A DNA stretch of 26,598 nucleotides from a virus. Its lineage: Duplodnaviria > Caudoviricetes. The position numbers were made by a program, and so were the translations under genes. The notes under the pieces are model-generated. The model did not search any database, was not told the DNA's origin, and worked only from the letters and a program-made list of their open reading frames with translations. The DNA lies in the IMG/VR virus record IMGVR_UViG_3300029309_000297, positions 1-26,598 of that record. One strand, given 5' to 3'. Positions within the stretch are counted from its first letter, which is position 1; each line of letters starts with the position of its first letter. Shown here in pieces: positions 10,318-20,019 of the stretch.

Positions 10318-13300
10318 TGAATATAAATTGGAATTTTATTTCAGAGTTAGAAGGTAAAGGCGTAAATAAAGCTTATGTGCCTAGTGATAACTCTGGAGTT
10401 ACAGTAGCAACTGGGTTTGACTTAAAAGAAAAAGATGTCAACCTAATGAATGAAATAGGTATATCAGAAGAAACAACTAATTTGTTGTCTCAATTTTTTG
10501 GTATGTCAGGTGCACAAGCAAAAGAAGCATCTGCTAATTTTTCATTAACTGATGATCAAGTAACAGAAATAGATAAAGCAAGTCATAATTGGTATGCTAA
10601 CCAAGTTAAGAAAACTTATGAAAGTAAAGATCATAAAGTTGCTTGGGACGATTTAAGTGAAGCTATGCAAACAGTAATTGCATCAGTAGGATTTCAACAC
10701 GGAACATCATTTACAAGAAAAGATGGTTCTGAAATGAATTATATAAAACAAGCTAGAGATAATGACGTAGATGGTATGATTGCTAATCTTCGTAACTTTG
10801 GTGATGACTTTAATACTAGAAGAAACAAAGAAGCAGATTTGTTAGAGAACGAAAAAAAAACTCTAGCGAAACAATTTAAACCTGTAGATATAACTAAACA
10901 AAAAGATTTATTTAGTGAATTACCAGATGTTAGTAGAGGTTTGTTTTTAGATAAAGCATATAACTATAGTGAATATCAAAAGTTTCTTGAAGAACAAAGT
11001 ACATTTACAGAAGCAGTAAAAGCATCAATAAGAGAAAATACAATCTTTGCTAATGCTTCAGATATATTTTTTAATAAAACTTTTGTACAACAAGACGGAT
11101 TTAGTTTTGATAATAATAAACAAGATTTCTTTGACACAATTAAAAAATATAATTTAAAAGGTGAGTATGTAGATGATCTTTCAGATGCTCTTAATCCTGC
11201 ACATTTAGATTATTTAGGACAAAAGGCTCAACGACATCAACAGAATGCTGAACTATTAGCTTCTCTTGGTTGGAAAGGTATTGCATTACAATTTGGTACA
11301 TTTCTTTTAGACCCTGTAAATTTAACAGGATATGGAGCTCTGTCTAAAGTAATGAAAGGTACTCAATTTTTAACTGGTTTAAGTAGAAGACAACACTTTG
11401 TTAGAGCAGGATTGGCTTATGGTACAATGGAAGGAGCTCTCTTTAGTCCTGTTGTAGCAAATAACCCTACTATGGGTCTAAATGACATAATAATTACATC
11501 AGCTTTAGGTGGTACTCTTGGAGGAGGTATCTCTGCATTATTGTCTAAATCTATCAAAAATGTAGGAGTTGCTACTCAACGAGCAGACTTGTTAGAAAAC
11601 AATTTAACGCCTACTAAACAAGCTGAACAAACAAAATTTAAAAATGTAAAACATACTGTTGAAAATAAAAAACTTCAGAAAGACTTATTTGATACAGATA
11701 TGGTTGAAAGTATAGAACCAACGTTTCCTGTTTTAAGAAACTTACCATTTTTAGGATTTAGTATGACTAGATCAGGAACTTTAGGATCAAGTATGTCAAA
11801 AGTAGCTAAAAAGTTTGCTTTTGATAATTTAGAAGACCCTATTGGTTGGTCAGTCAAAGAAAAAGGTTTAGTTAAAAAAGATTTTGTAGCACAAGAACCT
11901 ACAACAGAAATTATTAGAGATACAATGGTTATGGAAGCTCATAACGTTGTTTACACTAAAGGTGGTCTTAATGATGCTATGAAAGGTTACTTAAAAGCTA
12001 GAGGATTTGGTGGCACATTAGTTAGTGATGTCAAAGGCTTCTTTCAATTTGGACATAAAAGAGACTTTATGTATAAAGTGAAAAGAGCTATGGTTGCATT
12101 AAGTAAACCTGCAAAATTAAGAAATGCAGGAGAATTAGAAATACTTAATGATCCAAACATTGTTAAAGGTGCTAATGCTTATGCAGATGGTTTTGAATTA
12201 TTTGCTAAAAAATTAAGAGAAGCAGGTGTTGAAGGTGCTGAAGATTTAGCCGCTAACACAGGCAGATATTATGTACCAAGAAAAATTAGTTACGATAGTT
12301 ATTATACTTTGCAACAACGAATTGGCGAAGATGGTATGGAAGATTTAATTACAGGTGCTATTGCTAGAAAACAACCACTTTTAGATAGATTAGAAAATCC
12401 TATTGCAAAAGGTGGAGAAGTAAAAATTAAAACTGATAAAGGTAAAACTGCAAAAATATCTATAACTAAAGCAAGACTTTTAGCTAGAGTTATAATGAAG
12501 TTTGCAAAATATAATAGCAGACAAGGTGGTTTTGATATTGAACAACTTGTAAAAATTAGAGACCCTCAAAAACTAAAAGAGTATATTGATGATGTCTTTT
12601 CTAATTTAGATGATGATATTAGAAATGAATTATTTACAGGTTTATCAAAAGATCAAATTAATATTATTACATCTGGTAGATTTGAAGCAAGAATAAGACT
12701 TGATGAAAACTATGAACACGTTTTAACAACAGGAAAAGCAAAAGGTCAAACTGTTAGATTAGATGAAATTTACGAAAACGATATTGATATGTTGTGGCAT
12801 TCGTACACAAATGAAATGTCAGGTTGGTATAGTTTAGGTAGTAAACTTGGTGTTAAAAGTAGAAGTGAATGGTTAAAATATAGCAATCAAGTTAAAGATG
12901 ATATTACAGATAGTTATAAAAATAATCCATCAGGTAAAATTAGATCACTTGTAAATAGAGGTCAACCTGTTGATGAAATGGCTATTACTGAAGAACATAA
13001 AACTATAGATAGTTTTTTTAATAATCTTATGGGACGTTCAACAGAAGGGGGCGATCCATCACAAGGTTATCAGGCGTGGTTAAGAGATTTAAGACGATTT
13101 AATTTTATTAGAGTTTTAAACCAAGTAGGAATAGCACAGCTTCCTGAATTTGGAGTTGTAACTTCACAAATTGGTTTAAGAACTTTAGCTAATCAAATAC
13201 CTGCAATTAGAAAATTATTTGATGATGCACAAGCAGGAAAATTACCTGATACATTTAGAAAAGATATGGCTATAATGGGTGCATCAAATGGTGATGACCA

Positions 13301-14384
13301 CATTTATAGATTACATCAATCATTAGATGTTTTAGATAGAGGTTCTGCAAAAACAGATTTTCAAAAAGGTGCATTACTTTCAAAAGCAGGAGCTAATGCG
13401 GCAGAAAAAGTTACAGGCTATACTTCAGGTTTATTACATATAGATGCACTTCAAAGAAAATTAGCTATGCGTGGTTGGGTTCACAATCTTGCAGAAGATT
13501 TAATTGAAGGTACTAAAAAGGGAAATTTAATTGAAAGTTTATCTAAAGGTAAATTAAATAGATACAGAGTATTAGGATTAACCGATAAAGATTTAATAGC
13601 TTTAGCAAAAGAATTTAATAGTCCTCGTGTTACTACAGTTAAAAACGCATTAGGATATAGAGTATTAAGTTTTGATATGGTTGCTATGAAAGATCAAGAT
13701 TTAGTAAGAAGATTTGCTGTAGCAGTTAATAGATTTACTAGACGTTCTGTTCAATACAATCATATTGGAGATACAAGTAGATTTTTTACAGACAATTCAT
13801 TTGGAAAAACTATGTCTCAATTTAGACAATTTATAATGAATGCTTGGAACAAACAATTTTTACACAACGTTGCTATGGCTGATGCACAAACATTTTCTAT
13901 GTTTATGTATACAACTTTAATTGGTGGTCTAGCATACACAGCACAAGCTCACTTTAATTCTGTAGGTATGTCTTCATCTGAAAAGAAAAAATACTTAAAG
14001 AAAAAACTTGGAGATAGAGGTGACTATAGTAAAATTGCTATAGCCGCTTTTCAAAGAGCTGGTTGGTCTTCTGTAATGCCACCATTTATGGATATGATAA
14101 TGGGGCAAATAGCACCAGAGCATAGATTTAATACTAGATCATCTGGTCAAGAAATGAATTTAATTACAGGAAATCCAACTTATGATTTAATTTTTGGTAA
14201 GTTCTTTCCAATATTAGGATCAGGTTTAAAAGCAACTAGATCAGATTATGATTTTAGTAAATCAGATTTAAATAGAATAATGAGAATACTTCCATATCAA
14301 AACTTATATGGAATAAATCAATTACTTAACTTTTTAAGAGACAATTCTGGATTACCAGATAAAGGAGCGAGGAGTTTATATTAA
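10317..14384 (+). CDS. Internal virion protein D (gp16-like) with N-terminal pesticin-like muramidase domain
   Basis: 1355 aa. Residues 1-176 carry WNFISELEG..AYVP..SGVTVATGFDL..QTVIASVGFQHG..RRNKEADLL (pesticin C-terminal/T4-lysozyme-like). C-terminus has QFRQFIMNAWNKQ and LPYQN, as in gp16-like proteins. Confidence 0.85.
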   Translation: MNINWNFISELEGKGVNKAYVPSDNSGVTVATGFDLKEKDVNLMNEIGISEETTNLLSQFFGMSGAQAKEASANFSLTDDQVTEIDKASHNWYANQVKKTYESKDHKVAWDDLSEAMQTVIASVGFQHGTSFTRKDGSEMNYIKQARDNDVDGMIANLRNFGDDFNTRRNKEADLLENEKKTLAKQFKPVDITKQKDLFSELPDVSRGLFLDKAYNYSEYQKFLEEQSTFTEAVKASIRENTIFANASDIFFNKTFVQQDGFSFDNNKQDFFDTIKKYNLKGEYVDDLSDALNPAHLDYLGQKAQRHQQNAELLASLGWKGIALQFGTFLLDPVNLTGYGALSKVMKGTQFLTGLSRRQHFVRAGLAYGTMEGALFSPVVANNPTMGLNDIIITSALGGTLGGGISALLSKSIKNVGVATQRADLLENNLTPTKQAEQTKFKNVKHTVENKKLQKDLFDTDMVESIEPTFPVLRNLPFLGFSMTRSGTLGSSMSKVAKKFAFDNLEDPIGWSVKEKGLVKKDFVAQEPTTEIIRDTMVMEAHNVVYTKGGLNDAMKGYLKARGFGGTLVSDVKGFFQFGHKRDFMYKVKRAMVALSKPAKLRNAGELEILNDPNIVKGANAYADGFELFAKKLREAGVEGAEDLAANTGRYYVPRKISYDSYYTLQQRIGEDGMEDLITGAIARKQPLLDRLENPIAKGGEVKIKTDKGKTAKISITKARLLARVIMKFAKYNSRQGGFDIEQLVKIRDPQKLKEYIDDVFSNLDDDIRNELFTGLSKDQINIITSGRFEARIRLDENYEHVLTTGKAKGQTVRLDEIYENDIDMLWHSYTNEMSGWYSLGSKLGVKSRSEWLKYSNQVKDDITDSYKNNPSGKIRSLVNRGQPVDEMAITEEHKTIDSFFNNLMGRSTEGGDPSQGYQAWLRDLRRFNFIRVLNQVGIAQLPEFGVVTSQIGLRTLANQIPAIRKLFDDAQAGKLPDTFRKDMAIMGASNGDDHIYRLHQSLDVLDRGSAKTDFQKGALLSKAGANAAEKVTGYTSGLLHIDALQRKLAMRGWVHNLAEDLIEGTKKGNLIESLSKGKLNRYRVLGLTDKDLIALAKEFNSPRVTTVKNALGYRVLSFDMVAMKDQDLVRRFAVAVNRFTRRSVQYNHIGDTSRFFTDNSFGKTMSQFRQFIMNAWNKQFLHNVAMADAQTFSMFMYTTLIGGLAYTAQAHFNSVGMSSSEKKKYLKKKLGDRGDYSKIAIAAFQRAGWSSVMPPFMDMIMGQIAPEHRFNTRSSGQEMNLITGNPTYDLIFGKFFPILGSGLKATRSDYDFSKSDLNRIMRILPYQNLYGINQLLNFLRDNSGLPDKGARSLY

Positions 14385-14387
14385 TAT

Positions 14388-16202
14388 ATGGCATTTGCAA
14401 TAGATACATACACGGGTAATAATAGCACAACAAGTTTTAGTGTAACTTTTCCCTACATTGAACAAGCACATGTAATTGTTACATTAGATGGTGTTACTAA
14501 AACTGTAACTACAGATTACACATTTACAAATGCGTCAACGATTACTTTTACAACTGCACCTGCAACTGGTGTAATTATAAAATTTACTAGATCGTCTAAC
14601 AGAACAACACGACTTGTAGATTACCAAGACGGGTCTACACTTACAGAAGCTACGCTTGACCAAGATGGAAACCAAAGTTTCTTTATGGCACAAGAAGCTA
14701 TTGATGTTACAGAAAATTCATTAAATAAAAATGCACAAGATGTATTTGATGCTGAAAATAAAAGAATTGTAAATGTAGCTACACCTACGAGTGCAAATGA
14801 TAGTGCAAACAAATCATATGTTGATGCAGTTGCAGGTTCAGCAACAGCGGCGGCGGCTTCACAAACAGCGGCGGCTAATAGTGCTACTGCGGCTCAAAAT
14901 GCACAAGCGGCGGCAGAAGCGGCTTTAGATACTTTTGATGATGACTTTTTAGGAGCTAAATCAAGTGATCCTACTCTTGATAATGATGGTAATGCACTAA
15001 CAGACGGAGCCCTGTACTATAACACTACTGACAATCGTATGAAAGTATACGATTTAGGTACAACAGCTTGGCTTTTTATTTCGCCTACTTCTACAGAGCA
15101 AACTAAAATTAATTCTGTTGCAAATAATATTAATGCGGTATCAACTGTATCTTCAAATCTTACAGATATAAATTCTTTTGAAAACAGTTACAAAATTTCA
15201 GCTAATGCACCAACTGGTGTAGTAGAAGGTACTCTTTGGTTCGACACAACTAATGATATAATGAAAGTGTATGATGGAAATGCTTTTCAAAATGCAGGTT
15301 CGTCAGTTAATGGTACTTCACAAAGAAATAAATTTATAGCAACAGCAGGTCAAACAGTATTTACAGGCAATGATGCTGATGGCGTGGCTTTGGCATACGA
15401 CCCAAATTTCTTAGACACGTATTTAAATGGAGTTCGTATTATAAATGGCTCTGACTACACAGCTACAGATGGTTCAACAATTACATTAACCTCTGGTGCT
15501 AGTGCAGGAGACATATTATCAGTAGTTTCTTTTGGAACATTTTCTATTGCTTCATTTTCAGCAACTGCAATCACTTCAGATACTTTACCAGTAGCTAGAG
15601 GTGGTACAGGCAAAACAACTTCTGACCTTACAAGTAATCAAGGTAAAGCATTAGTTGTTAATTCAGCACAAAATGGATTTGATTTAGCGAATACTTCTTC
15701 AGCAGAAATTTATGGTTTTGAAATGTCTTTTAATCCATCAACAATAAATATTAATGTCACTGTTCAAAATGTTAATGGTGCAAATAAATATTTTATAGAT
15801 GGTGTTCAACAAAAAACTTTAGAATTATTTGAGGGTAATACTTATGTATTTAGTTATCCCTCAGCACACCCTTTTGCGTTATCAACGACAAATGGGGGTA
15901 GCCACTCAGGGGGCAGTGAGTATACCACTGGGGTCACTAGAGACACGTCAGCAAATACTTTGACTTACGTTGTTCCTAGTTCAGCACCCACTCTTTATTA
16001 CTACTGCACTTCGCATAGTGGAATGGGTGGACAGGCAAATACACCTGTACCTGCTAACAATAGCTTACAGGTCACAACAACAAACGGTGGAAACGATAGC
16101 ATTTCAGCTAGTACATACGCTAACTTTGATGATGTCATTTACGCTTCAACAGGATTTAGTTGGTCATTAAATAGCAATGGTCACTTAATCGCAACAATCT
16201 AA
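14388..16202 (+). CDS. gp17: Tail fibre protein
   Basis: T7 tail-fibre N-terminal domain (YTGN..TSFSVTFPYI, RLVDYQDGSTLTEATLD, FFMAQEAID), then Ala-rich coiled coil, repeated LYYNT/LWFDT..MKVYD units and a C-terminal cupredoxin-like insert. Confidence 0.9.
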   Translation: MAFAIDTYTGNNSTTSFSVTFPYIEQAHVIVTLDGVTKTVTTDYTFTNASTITFTTAPATGVIIKFTRSSNRTTRLVDYQDGSTLTEATLDQDGNQSFFMAQEAIDVTENSLNKNAQDVFDAENKRIVNVATPTSANDSANKSYVDAVAGSATAAAASQTAAANSATAAQNAQAAAEAALDTFDDDFLGAKSSDPTLDNDGNALTDGALYYNTTDNRMKVYDLGTTAWLFISPTSTEQTKINSVANNINAVSTVSSNLTDINSFENSYKISANAPTGVVEGTLWFDTTNDIMKVYDGNAFQNAGSSVNGTSQRNKFIATAGQTVFTGNDADGVALAYDPNFLDTYLNGVRIINGSDYTATDGSTITLTSGASAGDILSVVSFGTFSIASFSATAITSDTLPVARGGTGKTTSDLTSNQGKALVVNSAQNGFDLANTSSAEIYGFEMSFNPSTININVTVQNVNGANKYFIDGVQQKTLELFEGNTYVFSYPSAHPFALSTTNGGSHSGGSEYTTGVTRDTSANTLTYVVPSSAPTLYYYCTSHSGMGGQANTPVPANNSLQVTTTNGGNDSISASTYANFDDVIYASTGFSWSLNSNGHLIATI

Positions 16203-16224
16203 CGCATAACAAGGAGAAAATAAT

Positions 16225-17550
16225 ATGGCAACGATTGACTTGGGTAAGGTGGCTTTTACACATAAAGGCACTTACAACAATAGCACAACATACGAAGACA
16301 AAGATGTTGTTCAATTTACAGACGGAGATATTACTTCTACGTTTGTATACATTAACTCTACTTCAGCTTCAGGACAACAACCGTCCACTGGTGGTACTGT
16401 TAATACTTCGCATTGGTCTTTAATGGCTAAAGGACAACCACAAACTTTTAATGCTAATAGTTTAAAAAACGATGTAGCAACTCTAGCATTAAGACAAGCA
16501 ACTAACGAAAACAAAACAAAGTACAACACAAACTCTATGTATGTAGACGTATTTCAAGACGCAACGGGTATAGCGTCTGGAACACAATATAGAAGAAGTG
16601 CTGAGGAATTTGTAGTTGCTGGATCACAAAGTGTGACTAACAACTTTGAAATAAACGATACTAACTATGCAACTTACTTTGGAACACAAGCCAACAGTAG
16701 TGCTACGCAAGGATTTGAAATTCAAAGAGCTAGTGGTACTCCAAATTTAGACAATGGAGGAACAAATCAATTACCATCATCTTTGGCAGCAGTTAACCAC
16801 AATGGAATGGCTGGTGGAAGTTACAGCGATGTAATGGAAAGAAGTTTTCAAAATGGATATTTTGGAGGAGGTACTCCCGCTGTTCAATTCCATAGTGGTT
16901 ATGGATATTGGTGGTGTTATAAATTCTTACCTGCTTACGATAGTGCTTTTGTTTGTAAAGAAGTAAGTATTGAATGGGCAAATGGTGCTTCGGGAGTAGA
17001 TGATGGAGAATGCTTTGGTGCAACTGACTCAGGAACAATTAGCAGATTAAATGCTAGTAGATTTTTTGCAGGTGCACCTACTAATGGTCAAGTTTATACT
17101 CTAACAAACAACTCACAAAGTACATCTTTTCCAGTATTAGGTATTTGGTTTAGGTATCCTAACTCTAATAATAGTGGTGGTTTTGAACAACTTAAATTTA
17201 GAGGAGATATGACAATCGATACAGTGACTGCAACTGGTCACTTCATAACTTCAGCTGTGACAGCTCCTAGTACAATTTCAAAAATGGGTGCTGTTATCAC
17301 TTATGACGATCATTCAGGAACAAACGCTTTAAATACTGACTTAGTTTGTCAGCTTTCAGCAGACGGTGGTTCAAACTATGCAACAGCAACACTAACACCT
17401 TTACCAAATTTTAGCTCAACAACTAAAATGGCAGTTGTTAATGATTTAGCTGTGACTGGTGGAACATCATTAAGTGCTAAAATATCTTTTGCTAATCAAT
17501 CAGATGGTGTGAAAATCGCAAGAGTGCGTGGCGTTTCGTTAATGTATTAA
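16225..17550 (+). CDS. Second tail fibre / receptor-binding-associated protein
   Basis: AAGGAG SD. MATIDLGKVAFTHKGTYNNSTTYEDKDVV adaptor-like N-terminus; S/T/G/N-rich; follows gp17. Confidence 0.65.
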   Translation: MATIDLGKVAFTHKGTYNNSTTYEDKDVVQFTDGDITSTFVYINSTSASGQQPSTGGTVNTSHWSLMAKGQPQTFNANSLKNDVATLALRQATNENKTKYNTNSMYVDVFQDATGIASGTQYRRSAEEFVVAGSQSVTNNFEINDTNYATYFGTQANSSATQGFEIQRASGTPNLDNGGTNQLPSSLAAVNHNGMAGGSYSDVMERSFQNGYFGGGTPAVQFHSGYGYWWCYKFLPAYDSAFVCKEVSIEWANGASGVDDGECFGATDSGTISRLNASRFFAGAPTNGQVYTLTNNSQSTSFPVLGIWFRYPNSNNSGGFEQLKFRGDMTIDTVTATGHFITSAVTAPSTISKMGAVITYDDHSGTNALNTDLVCQLSADGGSNYATATLTPLPNFSSTTKMAVVNDLAVTGGTSLSAKISFANQSDGVKIARVRGVSLMY

Positions 17551-17575
17551 TAATCATAAATTCAAGGAGAGTTAA

Positions 17576-19051
17576 ATGACAAAAGCTAGAGACATAGCTG
17601 ATTTTAAATTTGAAAATATAGTTGATACTGGAACTACTGGTACAAAAGTTGCAACAGGAACAACAGCTCAACGTGGCTCTACGACTGGTCAATGGAGATT
17701 TAATACAACCACTGGATTTTTTGAGGGCAGAGGTGCTAGTGATTTTTTAACATTAGAACCTACACCCACAGTCACAAGTGTAGACGTGACTGAAGTTGAA
17801 AGTGCTTCTGGTGGTAATCAAACTTTTGTTATTACTGGTACTAATTTTACTGCTGGTGGAGTGATAGCTTTTGTAGGGTCTTCGGCTCAATTTAATGCTT
17901 CAACAACAACTTTTAATAATTCAACACAAGTCACAGCAGTTGCACCTAAAGTAAGTTTTTTAAATGCACAAGAACCATATAAAATTAAATTTTCTTCTGC
18001 TAGTGGAGTAGCAGGAGTTTCAGCGACAGGATTAATTAATGTAGACAACGCACCTAATTGGTCTACGTCAGCAGGAACTTTAGCTACAATCTTTGACAAC
18101 GCAACAGGAACACACGCTACTTTATCAGCTTCCGACCCAGAGGGAGAAACAGTCACGTATTCTGAAACTGGTGGTACAAATATTACTGGTGCAGGATTAT
18201 CGTTGAACAGTTCGACAGGTGTTATTTCTGGCGACCCAACAGATGTTTCAAATGCAACGACAGTTTCGTTTACTAGTAGAGCAACAGCAGGGTCAAAAAA
18301 TACTGACAGAAGTTTCAATATTATCATCAATCCTACTTTAGATGGCACAACTTCAGGCAGAGCAAACACTTCAGCTTCAGCAATCAAAACTTTAACAGGC
18401 ACAACAACAAATGGCTACTACTACATTCAAGCTAGTGGTATGGCAAACCCAGTTAGACTTTGGTGTGATATGAATACTGATGGTGGTGGCTATATGCGTT
18501 TCTGGTGGTTTAATACTTTAGAACAAGATGGTGGGTTAAGTGCTTCTTGGAATACAGGTACAAAATTTGGAACATCAGATATTTCTACAATTACACACAC
18601 TCAAAATTATGGATATGGAAGAATACCAAGTGGAGTGACACCAACTAAATTAATGGTTAAAGGCACTTCGGCACAACAAACTTCTAGCAATCCAGTAAGT
18701 TATATTATCTTTACTTTTAATTCTGGCAATTCAACATCTAATGCTATGTTAGGAAGTATGCAAAATGGAACTACATATTCGTATTCGCCAAGAGATAATT
18801 TTCCACCTACATCAATTAGTTTAGATACTAACCCATACAATATTCAAAGTAGTGGAATGTGTGACCACTGGGGATATGGAACGAATGTTTATTCTGGTGG
18901 AGAAAGTACCTTTGACTTAAATGACGACACAGGAACAAGTAATACGTCTATTGGTGCAGGTAATGATGGTGGAAATCAGGGTACGGACTTTGTGACTGGT
19001 GGTGGCTATCGTTATAGAACAGGTGATTATTTGGCTCTTTATTGGAAATAA
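17576..19051 (+). CDS. Virion appendage protein with Ig-like (IPT/TIG, cadherin-like) domains and C-terminal fibrinogen-like domain
   Basis: AAGGAG SD. PTVTSV..FVITGTNF (IPT), ASDPEGETVTYS..GLSLNSSTGVISG (Ig/cadherin-like), NGYYYI..LWCDMNTDGGG (fibrinogen-related motif). Confidence 0.7.
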   Translation: MTKARDIADFKFENIVDTGTTGTKVATGTTAQRGSTTGQWRFNTTTGFFEGRGASDFLTLEPTPTVTSVDVTEVESASGGNQTFVITGTNFTAGGVIAFVGSSAQFNASTTTFNNSTQVTAVAPKVSFLNAQEPYKIKFSSASGVAGVSATGLINVDNAPNWSTSAGTLATIFDNATGTHATLSASDPEGETVTYSETGGTNITGAGLSLNSSTGVISGDPTDVSNATTVSFTSRATAGSKNTDRSFNIIINPTLDGTTSGRANTSASAIKTLTGTTTNGYYYIQASGMANPVRLWCDMNTDGGGYMRFWWFNTLEQDGGLSASWNTGTKFGTSDISTITHTQNYGYGRIPSGVTPTKLMVKGTSAQQTSSNPVSYIIFTFNSGNSTSNAMLGSMQNGTTYSYSPRDNFPPTSISLDTNPYNIQSSGMCDHWGYGTNVYSGGESTFDLNDDTGTSNTSIGAGNDGGNQGTDFVTGGGYRYRTGDYLALYWK

Positions 19052-19053
19052 TA

Positions 19054-19296
19054 ATGCCTAGAAAAAAAATTACTGCCAAAGAGTTTGTTGAACAAGCAAC
19101 AGGAGTAAGACTTTCTGCACACGAAAGAATTTGTGCTGAGAGAATGAAACACATTCAAGAAAGTATTAAAGAATTAAGTAAAGAAGTAAAATCGTTAAGA
19201 ACTGAAGTCTCAAAAGGTAAAGGTGCAATTTCTGTACTGGTGTTTTTAGGTACTTTAATAGTTGGATTAGTAGGATTCTTTAAGTGGAATGCCTAA
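19054..19296 (+). CDS. Small coiled-coil protein with C-terminal transmembrane helix (holin/XhlA-like candidate)
   Basis: ATG at 19054. RLSAHERICAER motif, heptad repeat, hydrophobic AISVLVFLGTLIVGLVGFF. Confidence 0.65.
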   Translation: MPRKKITAKEFVEQATGVRLSAHERICAERMKHIQESIKELSKEVKSLRTEVSKGKGAISVLVFLGTLIVGLVGFFKWNA

Positions 19297-19432
19297 AAAG
19301 AAATCTAGTTTATTAAATAAAGAACCTCACGAAACCAAAAGCAAATTTAAAAAGACTTCTATATCAACGAACAAAAGTAAAATTAAATGGTCTTCTATGA
19401 ACAAACACAAAAGAAGACAACATAAAAAATGA
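19289..19432 (+). CDS. Small basic protein (47 aa), not in ORF track
   Basis: MPKKKSSLLNKEPHETKSKFKKTSISTNKSKIKWSSMNKHKRRQHKK. Fills the gap exactly, with ATGA overlap to the next gene. Confidence 0.7.
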   Translation: MPKKKSSLLNKEPHETKSKFKKTSISTNKSKIKWSSMNKHKRRQHKK

Positions 19433-19647
19433 TAAAAGTAACTTTATTTATGATTATGTGTTCAGCATCAGCTAATGAATGTATGCCTCCTTATCGACTT
19501 GCATTATTAAATAATCATTATGATTGTATGCAAAGAGGATATTCAGAGAGTGCTAAAAAAATAGAAGAAATAGGTCAAGAACAAATAAATGAACATTTAA
19601 TTTATATAAAGTTTATTTGTAAACCAACAAAAATAACGGAGAGTTAA
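19429..19647 (+). CDS. Hypothetical protein with hydrophobic N-terminus and four Cys
   Basis: MIMCS..ECMPP..YDC..GY..KFIC; tightly packed in the operon. Confidence 0.7.
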   Translation: MIKVTLFMIMCSASANECMPPYRLALLNNHYDCMQRGYSESAKKIEEIGQEQINEHLIYIKFICKPTKITES

Positions 19648-19648
19648 A

Positions 19649-19792
19649 ATGACAAAAAGACGTGGACTATATGCAAATATAAATGCAAGGAAAAAAGCAG
19701 GTACTTCAAGACCAAAATCTAAAAGTACAATTAGCAAAAAAGCATATGCTAATATGAAAGCAGGTTTTCCTAAAAAGAAAAAATATGCGTAG
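19649..19792 (+). CDS. Small basic protein (47 aa), not in ORF track
   Basis: GGAG SD. MTKRRGLYANINARKKAGTSRPKSKSTISKKAYANMKAGFPKKKKYA. Confidence 0.75.
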   Translation: MTKRRGLYANINARKKAGTSRPKSKSTISKKAYANMKAGFPKKKKYA

Positions 19793-20018
19793 TAGAAACT
19801 ACAAAGCAGAATATCGAAAATATCAAAGTTCTACAAAGTCAAAATTAGATAGAGCATCTAGAAATAGAGCAAGAAGAAGATTAGCTCGTTTAGGTGCTGT
19901 ATCAAAAGGTGACGGTCGAGACATAGATCATAGAAATAAAAATCCTAGAGATAACTCTATGTCAAATTTAAGAGTAACATCAAAAAAATTAAACAGAGGA
20001 AGATACAGAGTATCATAA
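19785..20018 (+). CDS. Small HNH-motif endonuclease-like protein
   Basis: GDGRDIDH..N..N..SNLRV..NR minimal HNH/HNN core; Arg-rich. Confidence 0.75.
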   Translation: MRSRNYKAEYRKYQSSTKSKLDRASRNRARRRLARLGAVSKGDGRDIDHRNKNPRDNSMSNLRVTSKKLNRGRYRVS

Positions 20019-20019
20019 T

